Shown piece by piece: positions 1 through 10,047 of a stretch of 22,967 nt of DNA. Origin of the DNA: a virus (taxonomy: Duplodnaviria; Heunggongvirae; Uroviricota; Caudoviricetes); IMG/VR virus record IMGVR_UViG_2687453563_000005; one strand, given 5' to 3'. The notes beneath the pieces are model-generated. The model saw only the letters and a list, made by a program, of their open reading frames with translations. It was not told the DNA's origin and ran no database searches. Numbering within the stretch: the first letter of the stretch is position 1; each line of letters opens with the position of its first letter. Made by a program: the position numbers and the translations under genes.

Positions 1-753
1 TTAGATTCCCTGGTGAGTAAGAATTTTACTTTCTGAACTCCTCTGAGAGTATTGACTTGGAGAAACACCAAAATAACGTCTAAATACATAAGTAAAGTAT
101 GAGACACTGGCATAACCACAGACCTTAGCTACTTTACTAATAGGATAACAACGAGTGCTGAGTAAATATTCAGCCATTTGCATCCTCTCATCAAGTAGGA
201 TCTTACTGAATGATACCCCCTCTTCTTTCAATTTCCTCTTTAGTAAACTTTCGCTGAGATATAATCTTGATGATATATCCTTAAGATGCCATGGTGCAGA
301 TAAATCCGTATGAATAATCGTTTTAACTTTAGCCCCTGTGCTTTTCAAACATCCAAACAGAAATACTCCAAATTGTTTTTCAGAAGAAAATGCAGAGAGA
401 CATGTAAAAGCAATAGACTCATCAAAAATTTCTATATATTCAGCACAGTGATTAGCCCAACTAATTAATCCTTTAATTAAACTGAAGTCAGCAAAGTTTA
501 TTTTTAAATAAGATGGATATTCCCTACAATCAGAAATATCCCTTAAGTTATTAGCTTTCAAATAGCGACTAATAAACTCAGCGCCAAAATCCGCCACTAT
601 CACTCTTTCAGGATATGTCAGGAAAAAATCTCTATAGCTAGAGTCGACAAGTACAGATAAACCTCTATCCAGAAACACACTCTCTTTTCCGAAATAAACA
701 TCAAAGGACTCCAAAATCAATATAACTGAACATGTAGTTGCCATATCATCCAC
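1..753 (-). CDS. AraC-family transcriptional regulator, AppY/GadX-like, complete 250 aa; AT-rich gene
   Basis: C-terminal AraC-type HTH region (WHLKDIS...SESLLKRKLKEEGVSFSKILLDERMQMAEYLL...SYFTYVFRRYFGVSPSQY) resembles prophage/virulence AraC regulators such as AppY; TAA stop at 1..3; visibly AT-rich. Confidence 0.8.
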   Translation of the reverse strand: MDDMATTCSVILILESFDVYFGKESVFLDRGLSVLVDSSYRDFFLTYPERVIVADFGAEFISRYLKANNLRDISDCREYPSYLKINFADFSLIKGLISWANHCAEYIEIFDESIAFTCLSAFSSEKQFGVFLFGCLKSTGAKVKTIIHTDLSAPWHLKDISSRLYLSESLLKRKLKEEGVSFSKILLDERMQMAEYLLSTRCYPISKVAKVCGYASVSYFTYVFRRYFGVSPSQYSQRSSESKILTHQGI

Positions 754-1186
754 CCAATTTAACTGAAACCAGGATGAAGTATATGCATATAAAGTTCACT
801 CTGCCAAACTTCAGTATAAAAAACCACATAAAAAATAGGGTGTGATAAAAAATACCGTAAAAATAAAGCAAAGGATTATAAATTCCGTTACAGTTACAAA
901 TGATACTAAAGAAACAATTCCTTAGAAAACCTTATTTACAGCCAATAAGTAAGACACTTATATGATATCAAGTTTTCATAAAACATAACTAGGCTAAATA
1001 GCTGCGCCTAATACCGCTACACTTTTGCCAGCCCATGTTTGCCTCCGGGTATTGACCCCTTCTCTACGCAACTTCAGTTCCCACCACCAACTTTGCGGCA
1101 GCTTTGTAGGATCAATGTCTAAAAGAATAATGGTGACCGATAAGAAAACGACTGAATAACTGCAGATTTTCGGTAATGACTCCAAC

Positions 1187-1690
1187 TTATTGATAGTGTT
1201 TTATGTTCAGATAATGCCCGATGACTTTGTCATGCAGCTCCACCAATTTTGAGAACGACAGCGACTTCCGTCCCAGCCGTGCCAGGTGCTGCCTCAGATT
1301 CAGGTTATGCCGCTCAATTCGCTGCGTATATCGTTTGCTGATTACGTGCAGCTTTCCCTTCAGGCGGGATTCATACAGCGGCCAGCCATCCGTCATCCAT
1401 ATCACCACGTCAAAGGGTGACAGCAGGCTCATAAGACGCCCCAGCGTCGCCATCGTGCGTTCACCGAATACGTGCGCAACAACCGTCTTCCGGAGACTGT
1501 CATACGCGTAAAACAGCCAGCGCTGGCGCGATTTAGCCCCGACATAGCCCCACTGTTCGTCCATTTCCGCGCAGACGATGACGTCACTGCCCGGCTGTAT
1601 GCGCGAGGTTACCGACTGCGGCCTGAGTTTTTTAAGTGACGTAAAATCGTGTTGAGGCCAACGCCCATAATGCGGGCAGTTGCCCGGCAT
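1187..1690 (-). CDS. insB: IS1 InsB frame (made as InsAB' fusion by -1 frameshift)
   Basis: 167 aa translation ...[61 protein letters not shown]... is IS1 InsB; overlaps insA as expected. Confidence 0.85.
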
Positions 1691-1884
1691 CCAACGCCAT
1701 TCATGGCCATATCAATGATTTTCTGGTGCGTACCGGGTTGAGAAGCGGTGTAAGTGAACTGCAGTTGCCATGTTTTACGGCAGTGAGAGCAGAGATAGCG
1801 CTGATGTCCGGCGGTGCTTTTGCCGTTACGCACCACCCCGTCAGTAGCTGAACAGGAGGGACAGCTGATAGAAACAGAAGCCAC
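1609..1884 (-). CDS. insA: IS1 InsA (transposition inhibitor / N-terminal part of InsAB' transposase)
   Basis: 91 aa translation [43 protein letters not shown]... is the InsA zinc-finger/HTH protein. Confidence 0.9.
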
Positions 1885-2103
1885 TGGAGCACCTCAAAAA
1901 CACCATCATACACTAAATCAGTAAGTTGGCAGCATCACCAGATTTTCGCTCGAAACCTTCCTGTCAGATCCATAGCGAATCAAGTGCTGAATGTCACAGT
2001 ATCGAACAGAAAACAGTGACGATCTAACCCTTCAAGAATATTCTACGATTGTTCTGTTTAGGAAAAGCAAGGCGGGAAGTCGGGAGATAAGTCATTGATA
2101 AAG

Positions 2104-2169
2104 TGGCGGAGAGAGGGGGATTTGCCCCCCCGGTAGAGTTGCCCCTACTCCGGTTTTCGAGACCGGTCC
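2104..2169 (-). other. Degenerate 3' fragment (~66 nt) of a tRNA-Ser (serU-like) gene; probable att-site relic, not a functional tRNA
   Basis: Reverse complement reads ggaccggtctcgaaaaccggagtaggggcaactctaccgggggggcaaatccccctctctccgcca: anticodon-stem to CCA end of a long-variable-arm tRNA-Ser, but the T-loop TTCAAAT is changed to GGCAAAT and the 5' part is absent. Confidence 0.5.
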
Positions 2170-2303
2170 AATCATCAAACGAAACATAAAATTAGCTCAC
2201 ATTATGAGGAAAAGTATCTTTTATGTACTATGTAAATTCAAAGGCTTAGCCTCATTTCTCCGATGGTTTTCTCAACACTACTGGTTGTGAGCCCTTGCAA
2301 TGA

Positions 2304-3122
<819 letters not shown>

Positions 3123-3141
3123 GTCTTTAAGTGATAAGCAT

Positions 3142-3189
3142 AAACCGCAGCACGTCATGCATACGTCGTGTCTGCGGTTTTTCTTTTTT
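3142..3189 (+). terminator. Rho-independent terminator-like hairpin after the GIY-YIG gene
   Basis: aaaccgcagcacg...cgtgtctgcggttt imperfect stem followed by tttttctttttt. Confidence 0.5.
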
Positions 3190-3374
3190 GCTTACACGGT
3201 GTCTGGTTCTTCTGGCCACTCAATATCAGGTGCAGTTGATGTATCAACACGGTTCAGCAACACCCGATACTTTTTCCATGCGGCCAGTAACGCTTTCTCT
3301 TCCTCCGTTGCGATTTCCAGCTCAACAACAGTCTGAACGTACCGGGAACAGCCTCCTTCAGAGCTTGAAGGATA

Positions 3375-6300
3375 TCAATGTTCGCTTCCTGTTAACTGCC
3401 CGACAAGTGCAACCAGTTCGCTTACCTGATTTTCCAGAGTGGTGATCCGGGTGCCTGCTGTTGCCAGATTTTGACGTAGCGTTGTGTTTTCCTCTTCCAG
3501 CGCGGTAACGCGATCATCTGTTTCACGGGCGACCTGAACAAGTAAGCCCGTCACGGCGGCGTAGTCAACATTCAGATAACGCGTTTCTTCACGTAATTCA
3601 TTGCCGTCAACCGTTGGTCCCTGCAACTCTTTACCGTAATGAGTGAATGAGCCTACCGCTTCCGGTATTGCCTCCATTGCTTCCTGTGCAATAACACCAG
3701 CGTAAGGCAGTCCGTTTTCCTTAAGTGTGTAGGTGTACCCGTTCATTTTACGGATAGCTTCGGTTGCGTCACTGATAATCTGAATATTGTCTTTCAGCTC
3801 GCGGTCTGATAACTGATTCAGTGTTGTACAGTTAATAGCACCGTTTACATCAAACAGCTGACCTGACGATGTTTTTTGAGCATAAAACAGATACGCGGCA
3901 GTCGTTCCAACCTCAAAAACGTTTTGTCGATCACCTGAACCCCACACCTTGACAGCAAATGGTAGTTCTGTATTACCTAAGTTCTGTAAAACAAAACGAT
4001 TGCCAGTCCCTGTTTGTTTTGTAAGGGTTAAATCAACAGTTGAGTTAACCTCATCCTTGTTGATAGTGAGCGCCTGCGCTGTAGCCCCGTTAACAGCACC
4101 TGTTTTGAGTTGAACCGCGCCGTCATTACCATTTAGCAGTATCTCAGCTCCGCTAAAGAAATTTTTTAGCGATAGCATCTTACTTACGCCGACTGATGAA
4201 CCCAACGCCCACGCGAGAGAATTACCGGTGCTATCAAACCCACGTACAAAGCAATCCATTTTGCTATAGTCTGACGTGCTTCCAAGGACATCAATCCGCC
4301 CTCCGCCAGATTTTATCGGGTTAGATGTGGTTAATGACCTGACAGCAATATCGGTAGATGAATTGAGATCGTCTACTGTTAGTAATTTCTTCCATTCCTG
4401 CGTCGTTCCATTTTCAATTGTTCTTCCCCAAAAACCGGAATTGCGGCCTCCGAACTGCACAGCATAATTTTTACTAAATTGAACATGAATGCCGCCAAGA
4501 ACCATAGAGCCTGCCGGGCCGTTTGTACTGCCTGCAATTGATCTAAATTTGTCGACGTTATCAGTATGCTGAGCGTTCCAGTCATGACCTGTTAATGTTG
4601 CAATTCCTGAGTTAGCTGTAATTAACCCAGACGCTTTAAGATTCTGCACATCAATTCTGTCGTTTGCGAAATTATATGCAATTGCGTTACTAACGCTTCC
4701 GGCATCATCATAATCGCGTTTCTGAATAAACCAGTCGCCAGCATTAGCAATGAGAGTATAAGTAGGCGTGTTAGCCGGGCGATCTGTTTCATTAAATCTT
4801 ATTGCTGGGTTAGCGCTCCTTATTTGTAAAGGTTTTTCAACCGTTGATTTCAGTATCGCACTATCTACAATTAAATTACCTTCTGAATTAAGGTTTAGAT
4901 ATTTTGAAGCACCAGTTGAACCATCGTATGTAAACCTTATTGTTAATTGACCTGGCTCATTTGATAAAGTTTCAACATACATATCAGCACCAAGACGCAC
5001 AGTGCTGTCAGTTGCTAACAGTCTTGTATGGAGAATTCCACTAGATGTGTATGTATTGGTCGAATCACTATATCTATCAAGAAATAGACTGTTAAGTTGA
5101 GGGCTGTTGTTCCTACCTAAGCCAAGATTCGTTCTGGCACCATCAACAGTTGCCGCATTAGTGCCTCCTTGTCCAATAGGTAATGGAACCCATGACGATC
5201 CGTTATGGCAACCCCACAATCCAGATGTTGACACCTGAAGTCGTGGCGCTGATGGTGAGTAATTCGAATAAACGTAAGTAGTCGATTCGCCTTCTTCAAT
5301 TCTTTCTGTTAATACTATTTTTTTCCATACACTCCAACCTTGTGTGCTGGTATATATCCTTCTATAAAGAATTGATGAATTGTTATATACAAAATAGCTC
5401 TGGATACAACCATCACTACCATTAGCACCAGTTCTTTGCACTAACAATGCACCAGCAAGCTGTATCGGGTAATTTAGTTCTGGCTTTGCGTTGGCAGACA
5501 TTGGTTGGTAATAAAAACCGGCTGTAGTACCTTTTATATCGTTTAAGTTCGTATTCGCATCAAGGCCAGTTTTTGCTTCAAACATGACTTCAAGTTTAGA
5601 GCGCGCTGTACTTGCATCATTCGCCCCTGTGCCACCTTGCGCAACTGCGAGCGGTTGCCATCTACCAGCTTTAGGGTTAAATGCGCCCCACTGACCGTCA
5701 GCATCAACCTGTAAGTAACAGCCGTCCGCCTGAACGTCAGTAGATAAAATGATGGTTCTTGTGTCGCTTGAACGCTGAAATCGGATAACCTCATCTTTTC
5801 TTGCGTGGCGTGTCCATTGCGGGCCTATTGTCGGATTCCAGCGATAAGTATAAAGCGAGCGCGTAGCCCATCCCTGAAATACACCTGTATACGCTGGTGT
5901 TCCATCTACCTGACTAATAAACCCCGTAAGACTGCTTTCACCGGATGCAATCGATGGAAATCCTTTTGCATTACTCATAATGCGCATAAATCCGATATAC
6001 CCTGATGGGTTGCCGGAAATATCAGGACAATCACGCGGGGCTGAGCCAAGACCGATATTATCGCCAACAATTAATTGCGCCTGGTTGCGATAATTAAGTG
6101 CGTCCGCCGCAGATTTCGCCGCGTTTGTTTCACTGGATTTAGCATTAGTTTCGCTGGCTTTAGCGTTTGTTTCGCTGCTCTTTGCTGCTGCCTCGCTATT
6201 TTTCGCGTTGGTTTCTGATTTTTTGGCTGCTGTCGCGGAGTTTGCCGATGCAGTTTGTGAGTCTGCTGCCGCCTGTGCGCTGTTACCCGCAATATAAAGG

Positions 6301-7082
6301 CGTCCGTCCTGCATCTGCTGCAGCTTCACTGCCCACATGCTGTTCAGGTTATTATTTGTATCAACCTGAACCTTCTGTATCTGCTGGATCGCTGCACTCT
6401 GGTCTTCCAGTTTCTTATTGACGGTCTGTGTTATTTCATTGCTGACATCCGTTATGGACGTCCTGATTTCAGTCAGGTCAGGCGCAAGCTGACCGTTATC
6501 AATCTGCGTCCACAGCTCCTGAGCCAGATGGGTTTTCCCTATCCGGATATTAAACGGGCGCGGCGGCAGGTTATCCACCACCACCGAGGCCAGATACTGC
6601 GAGGTGGTTTTGCCCTTAATGGTGATGTCTTTTTCCGTCACCCAGCCACCATTACGCTGTATCTGAACCAGCAGGCGAACTTCCGACGGATTCCGGTCCC
6701 CCTTTGAGGTGGTTTCCACCAGTGCCTGCACGCCGAAGGTAAAGCGCAGACGGTCGATGTTTGCAGACGTAATGGTGCGGGTGATCGGCGTGTCATATTT
6801 CACTTCCGTACCCAGCACCGTCTCGGAGCCGGAGGATTCAAACCCCTCCGGCGGTGTCTGCTCCTGCTCACCGGCACGGAACACCACCGTGACACCGGAG
6901 ATGTTGGTATTCCCCTCAGTGTCCAGCACCGGCGTACTGTTCAGCAGCTCGCTTTTTAATCCATCCACCGGACCTTCAACCGGCCCTTCGCTGATGGCAT
7001 CGATCACACTCAGCAGCTGCGTGGACTTCAGGTTGTCCTTCGCTTCGCGCGGGGTATGCCCCTTACTGCTGCCTTTACCCAT
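3375..7082 (-). CDS. Mosaic tail fibre protein (1235 aa): lambda J-like N-terminus, short J C-region segment, Stf-like SETNAK repeats, fibre domain, C-terminal S74-type intramolecular chaperone
   Basis: Starts MGKGSSKGHTPREAKDNLKSTQLLSVIDAISEGP... (lambda J N-terminus as recalled); then MWAVKLQQMQDGRLYIAG (J C-region-like); AAKKSETNAKNSEAAAKSSETNAKASETNAK repeats; C-terminus ...SDRELKDNIQIISDATEAIRKMNGYTYTLKENG... typical of autocleaving chaperone domain. Confidence 0.8.
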   Translation of the reverse strand: MGKGSSKGHTPREAKDNLKSTQLLSVIDAISEGPVEGPVDGLKSELLNSTPVLDTEGNTNISGVTVVFRAGEQEQTPPEGFESSGSETVLGTEVKYDTPITRTITSANIDRLRFTFGVQALVETTSKGDRNPSEVRLLVQIQRNGGWVTEKDITIKGKTTSQYLASVVVDNLPPRPFNIRIGKTHLAQELWTQIDNGQLAPDLTEIRTSITDVSNEITQTVNKKLEDQSAAIQQIQKVQVDTNNNLNSMWAVKLQQMQDGRLYIAGNSAQAAADSQTASANSATAAKKSETNAKNSEAAAKSSETNAKASETNAKSSETNAAKSAADALNYRNQAQLIVGDNIGLGSAPRDCPDISGNPSGYIGFMRIMSNAKGFPSIASGESSLTGFISQVDGTPAYTGVFQGWATRSLYTYRWNPTIGPQWTRHARKDEVIRFQRSSDTRTIILSTDVQADGCYLQVDADGQWGAFNPKAGRWQPLAVAQGGTGANDASTARSKLEVMFEAKTGLDANTNLNDIKGTTAGFYYQPMSANAKPELNYPIQLAGALLVQRTGANGSDGCIQSYFVYNNSSILYRRIYTSTQGWSVWKKIVLTERIEEGESTTYVYSNYSPSAPRLQVSTSGLWGCHNGSSWVPLPIGQGGTNAATVDGARTNLGLGRNNSPQLNSLFLDRYSDSTNTYTSSGILHTRLLATDSTVRLGADMYVETLSNEPGQLTIRFTYDGSTGASKYLNLNSEGNLIVDSAILKSTVEKPLQIRSANPAIRFNETDRPANTPTYTLIANAGDWFIQKRDYDDAGSVSNAIAYNFANDRIDVQNLKASGLITANSGIATLTGHDWNAQHTDNVDKFRSIAGSTNGPAGSMVLGGIHVQFSKNYAVQFGGRNSGFWGRTIENGTTQEWKKLLTVDDLNSSTDIAVRSLTTSNPIKSGGGRIDVLGSTSDYSKMDCFVRGFDSTGNSLAWALGSSVGVSKMLSLKNFFSGAEILLNGNDGAVQLKTGAVNGATAQALTINKDEVNSTVDLTLTKQTGTGNRFVLQNLGNTELPFAVKVWGSGDRQNVFEVGTTAAYLFYAQKTSSGQLFDVNGAINCTTLNQLSDRELKDNIQIISDATEAIRKMNGYTYTLKENGLPYAGVIAQEAMEAIPEAVGSFTHYGKELQGPTVDGNELREETRYLNVDYAAVTGLLVQVARETDDRVTALEEENTTLRQNLATAGTRITTLENQVSELVALVGQLTGSEH

Positions 7083-7142
7083 TCCTCACGCTCCATAAAT
7101 GACAAAACCGCCCGCAGGCGGTTTCACATAAAACATTTTGCA

Positions 7143-8069
7143 TCAGCGACCAATCACCACAACCTGACCACCGTCCCCTTCGTCTGCCGTGCTGATCTCC
7201 TGAGAAACCACGCGAGACCCCACGCGCATTTCCCCGTACAGAACAGGCAGAACATTGCCCTGGGCAACCATGTTATCCAGTGAGGAGAAATAGGTGTTCT
7301 GCTTACCGTTATCCGTTGTCTGTGTACGGGGAGTTCTGGCTTTCGGTGCCAGCATCTGCGCCACACCACCGAGCACCATACTGGCACCGAGAGAAAACAG
7401 GATGCCGGTCATACCACCGGTCCCAATGGCTGCCCCCCATGCTGCAAGGGTGGCTCCGGCGGTAAAGAATGATCCGGCAATGGCGGCAGCCCCCAGGACA
7501 ATCTGGAATACGCCACCTGACTTGGCCCCGGCGACTCTGGGAACAATATGAATCACAGCGCCATCAGGCAGAGTCTCATGTAACTGCGCCGTTAATATGT
7601 GCTGTTTGAGTTGACTTTCTTTTGCCGCATAGCCGTCACTTTTGCCGCGATATGGCCCCTGGTAATGTTCAGCAAACAGAACGCGTTCTGTTGCGGGAAA
7701 ATATGCGCGCAGACTTTCTTTATTACACCCGTTCCATCGTCCGGACGGCTTCGCCCAGATAATATGGTTAAGAACGTTGAAACGTTCACGCATCATGATC
7801 TCGATATCAGATGCGAGGCGATGTCCACAGAACAGGTAAAGGCTTCCGGCAGGTTTCAGCACCCGCCAGAACTGAGCCAGACAGTGGTCCAGCCACTTCA
7901 GGTAATCTTCGTCCCCTTTCCACTGATTGTCCCAGCCGTTGGGTTTCACCTTGAAGTACGGCGGATCGGTAACAATCAGGTCAATGGAATCATCAGGCAG
8001 GGACTGAATAAAATGCAGGCAATCAGCGTTGATTAAATCAACACTGTTTATTTTTACAGTATTTTTCAT
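7143..8069 (-). pseudogene. In-frame chimera: N-terminal fragment of a DNA N6A/N4C methyltransferase (~160 aa, DPPY motif) fused to C-terminal ~145 aa of lambda-like tail assembly protein I; junction near 7590
   Basis: N-part has IVTDPPYF and post-motif-IV region but no downstream FxGxG SAM motif; C-part TAQLHETLPDGAVIHIVPRVAGAKSGGVFQIVLGAAAIAG...VVVIGR matches lambda gpI C-terminus as recalled; lies immediately upstream of the J-like gene as I does in lambda. Confidence 0.65.
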
Positions 8070-8218
8070 GGATCAGTAAGCGTAACTCTGGTAGGCTCAC
8101 TCTGCTTTTGCGCTAAAGCAGTGGGCCGTGGTTCGCTTGTGACCAGTAAGCATGAGCGAATGGCTGGCAGGTGCTACCAACACCCACCAGCCGCCCATTT
8201 TCACAAATTAAAAGCCCT

Positions 8219-8413
8219 TCATTGCTGAAGGCGTCTGTAACAGCCGAACTGGTAATCTGCCAGCCCCGCCATAACCAACTGGGTCAGTATTAACTGACAG
8301 CGTTCGCGTGAAAGGTATGTGTTTTGTGCAATCTCCCCGACTGTTGCCGGTTCGATGCTTAATTCATTAAAAACAACTTTCGCCGTTTCTGTCATATCTT
8401 GCTGTTTTAGCAT
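8219..8413 (-). CDS. Small hypothetical protein (64 aa), possible winged-helix fold; divergent from KAP NTPase gene
   Basis: ORF only; no recognisable motif; could also be a remnant of a deleted late gene. Confidence 0.3.
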   Translation of the reverse strand: MLKQQDMTETAKVVFNELSIEPATVGEIAQNTYLSRERCQLILTQLVMAGLADYQFGCYRRLQQ

Positions 8414-8536
8414 GTCTTTTTACCTTCATGGTTAACATGACATACCAATAACTCTTGTCTAAAAAGCCAGCAAGATAAAAAATCAGTATTCACTACCACC
8501 AGCGTGTTTACCGTACTGCACCAGGTTTACAGGTAC

Positions 8537-8562
8537 AAAAAAACCCGCTCGACAGCGGGTTT
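8537..8562 (-). terminator. Hairpin with 7-nt U-run on the minus-strand transcript
   Basis: aaaaaaacccgctcgacagcgggttt: 6-bp GC stem, 4-nt loop, A7 on plus strand giving U7 on minus strand. Confidence 0.4.
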
Positions 8563-8685
8563 AAGCTGTGTGGCGAAGTAACCACTCTTAACAGATTACA
8601 AGAATTTTTGCGGACCGCGTTAATGATTTTTAATCCCAAAGTCGTATTATTCGTTTTTTACTGTAGGAGTTAATAGGTTTATATT

Positions 8686-10017
8686 ATGTTAGATACACTA
8701 TCTTTCACTGAACGTGACGAGTTCCAACGAAGAAACATCGCTGAAAATATCATCAAGTTGCTAAAACCAGAGGCAGACATTTCACCACTGGTAATAGACG
8801 GCGCATGGGGAACAGGGAAAACAGAATTTAGTATCAAACTGAAAAATCTCATTATTGAGCAAGAAACTGAATCTAAAGTTGTTTATATTGATGCCTTTAA
8901 AGGGGATCATGCAGAATCTCCATTACTTCTCATAACCTCTGCAATTGCCAGCATTTTGCCTGAGGAAGAAAAACAACACTTCATTAAGAGATCTCTTCCT
9001 GCAATTCGCTTTGGTTTAAAAACGGTACTAAAAGCTGGTGCAGGTTGGTTTTTACGACAGGAGGCTAGTGAAGTTGCCGAAGAATTCCAAGATGCGATGA
9101 AGAAAGCAAGCAATGCAGCAATAGATGGGACTATTGAAAATTTGCTTGAAGACCATATGGACTCAGAGAAAAACATAAATTCACTTAAATCCTGCATCGA
9201 AAGCATATCAAAAAATCAAAAAATCGTAATTATAATTGATGAATTAGACCGATGTAAGCCGAGTTTTTCAACAAATGTCATTGAAACAATAAAACACATT
9301 TTTGACATCAATAATGTCTTTTTTATTTTAGTTACAAACACAGAACAATTAAAAGCATCTATAAATCATATTTATGGTTATAGCATTAACTCACAAAAGT
9401 ATCTTGACAAGTTTATAAAATATACCATCACGCTTCCAGATACATGTTTGATAAATGGTCACAACGTATGTAAAGCCTCTGTTATATATTGGGATTACCT
9501 TGTAGAAAAAACAAGGTTATTGAATAAAATCAATAGATTATCAGGTTACTTTATCCGTGATTTAATTCAACGAACCAACTTATCATTACGTGAAACACAA
9601 ACATTTTCACGCAATCTTAACATTTTCCAACTGTTAAACGACGATGAGAACAAAAGCAGTGATCCTTTAATAAATATGATCTTTGTCGTAGCTGCCTTCA
9701 TACATTGCTTTGGTAACAAGGAAAAACTAAAACAAGAAATTACCGCTGAATCTATATCTTATTTAGCAGACCTGCTTAACATAAAAGAAATACCTTATTC
9801 TTATGAGAGAAGATCGCAAATCCCTGAAATATCGATTGTATTCTTCGGAATAATTAAAGACAGTATTACTCTTAATGAGCGATTTGCCCCTAAAAGTGAT
9901 GAAGAACTTAAAAAATTCACAAATGTTTATACTGATTATGAACACATAAATTTTTGGAGTACTACACCCAGAGAGTTATTGATAAAATATATTAATCAAA
10001 TGTCATTCATCCAGTAA
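8686..10017 (+). CDS. KAP-family P-loop NTPase (443 aa), AT-rich, apparently soluble
   Basis: Walker A GAWGTGKT near residue 40; Walker B-like VIIIDELDRC near residue 185; composition far more AT-rich than flanking phage genes; opposite strand to the Q operon. Confidence 0.8.
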   Translation: MLDTLSFTERDEFQRRNIAENIIKLLKPEADISPLVIDGAWGTGKTEFSIKLKNLIIEQETESKVVYIDAFKGDHAESPLLLITSAIASILPEEEKQHFIKRSLPAIRFGLKTVLKAGAGWFLRQEASEVAEEFQDAMKKASNAAIDGTIENLLEDHMDSEKNINSLKSCIESISKNQKIVIIIDELDRCKPSFSTNVIETIKHIFDINNVFFILVTNTEQLKASINHIYGYSINSQKYLDKFIKYTITLPDTCLINGHNVCKASVIYWDYLVEKTRLLNKINRLSGYFIRDLIQRTNLSLRETQTFSRNLNIFQLLNDDENKSSDPLINMIFVVAAFIHCFGNKEKLKQEITAESISYLADLLNIKEIPYSYERRSQIPEISIVFFGIIKDSITLNERFAPKSDEELKKFTNVYTDYEHINFWSTTPRELLIKYINQMSFIQ

Positions 10018-10047
10018 ATAATACGCCCCATGCAGGGGCGTATTATT
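10016..10047. terminator. Bidirectional rho-independent terminator shared by KAP gene and Q (overlaps Q stop codon)
   Basis: aaataatacgcccc-atgca-ggggcgtattatt: 13-bp perfect inverted repeat with 5-nt loop, A/T-rich on both sides. Confidence 0.6.

Larger units (their letters stand above)
1172..1939 (-). mobile_element. IS1 insertion sequence (768 bp), intact, with terminal inverted repeats and 8-9 bp target-site duplication AGATTTTC(G)
   Basis: Ends read ggtaatgactccaactt (1172..) and aagttggcagcatcacc (..1939), which are the IS1 terminal IRs; flanks are agattttc at 1164..1171 and 1940..1947; encodes InsA and InsB. Confidence 0.9.

Noticed and set aside
994-1185. 63-aa ORF on the minus strand
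   Set aside because: It runs across the IS1 terminal inverted repeat into flanking DNA, so it is an artefact of the insertion junction.
1221-1511. 96-aa plus-strand ORF inside IS1
   Set aside because: Antisense to insB within a well-known element; not a described IS1 gene.
1701-1913. 70-aa minus-strand ORF overlapping insA
   Set aside because: Alternative frame over insA; IS1 makes InsA and the InsAB' frameshift product only.
3131-3445. 104-aa plus-strand ORF
   Set aside because: Starts inside the terminator hairpin and overlaps the 3' end of the tail-fibre gene on the other strand; no start context.
4276-7098. Nine short ORFs (60-129 aa) on both strands inside the tail-fibre gene span
   Set aside because: All lie within the long, well-supported 1235-aa fibre reading frame or antisense to it; typical shadow ORFs.
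7154-8036. Four ORFs overlapping the methyltransferase::I fusion (7154..7387, 7280..7465, 7294..7551, 7599..8036)
   Set aside because: Alternative frames or antisense to an ORF whose translation has clear family motifs.
8907-9945. Minus-strand ORFs 8907..9206 and 9763..9945 inside the KAP NTPase gene
   Set aside because: Antisense to a motif-bearing gene in very AT-rich DNA where spurious ORFs are uncommon but still motif-less.
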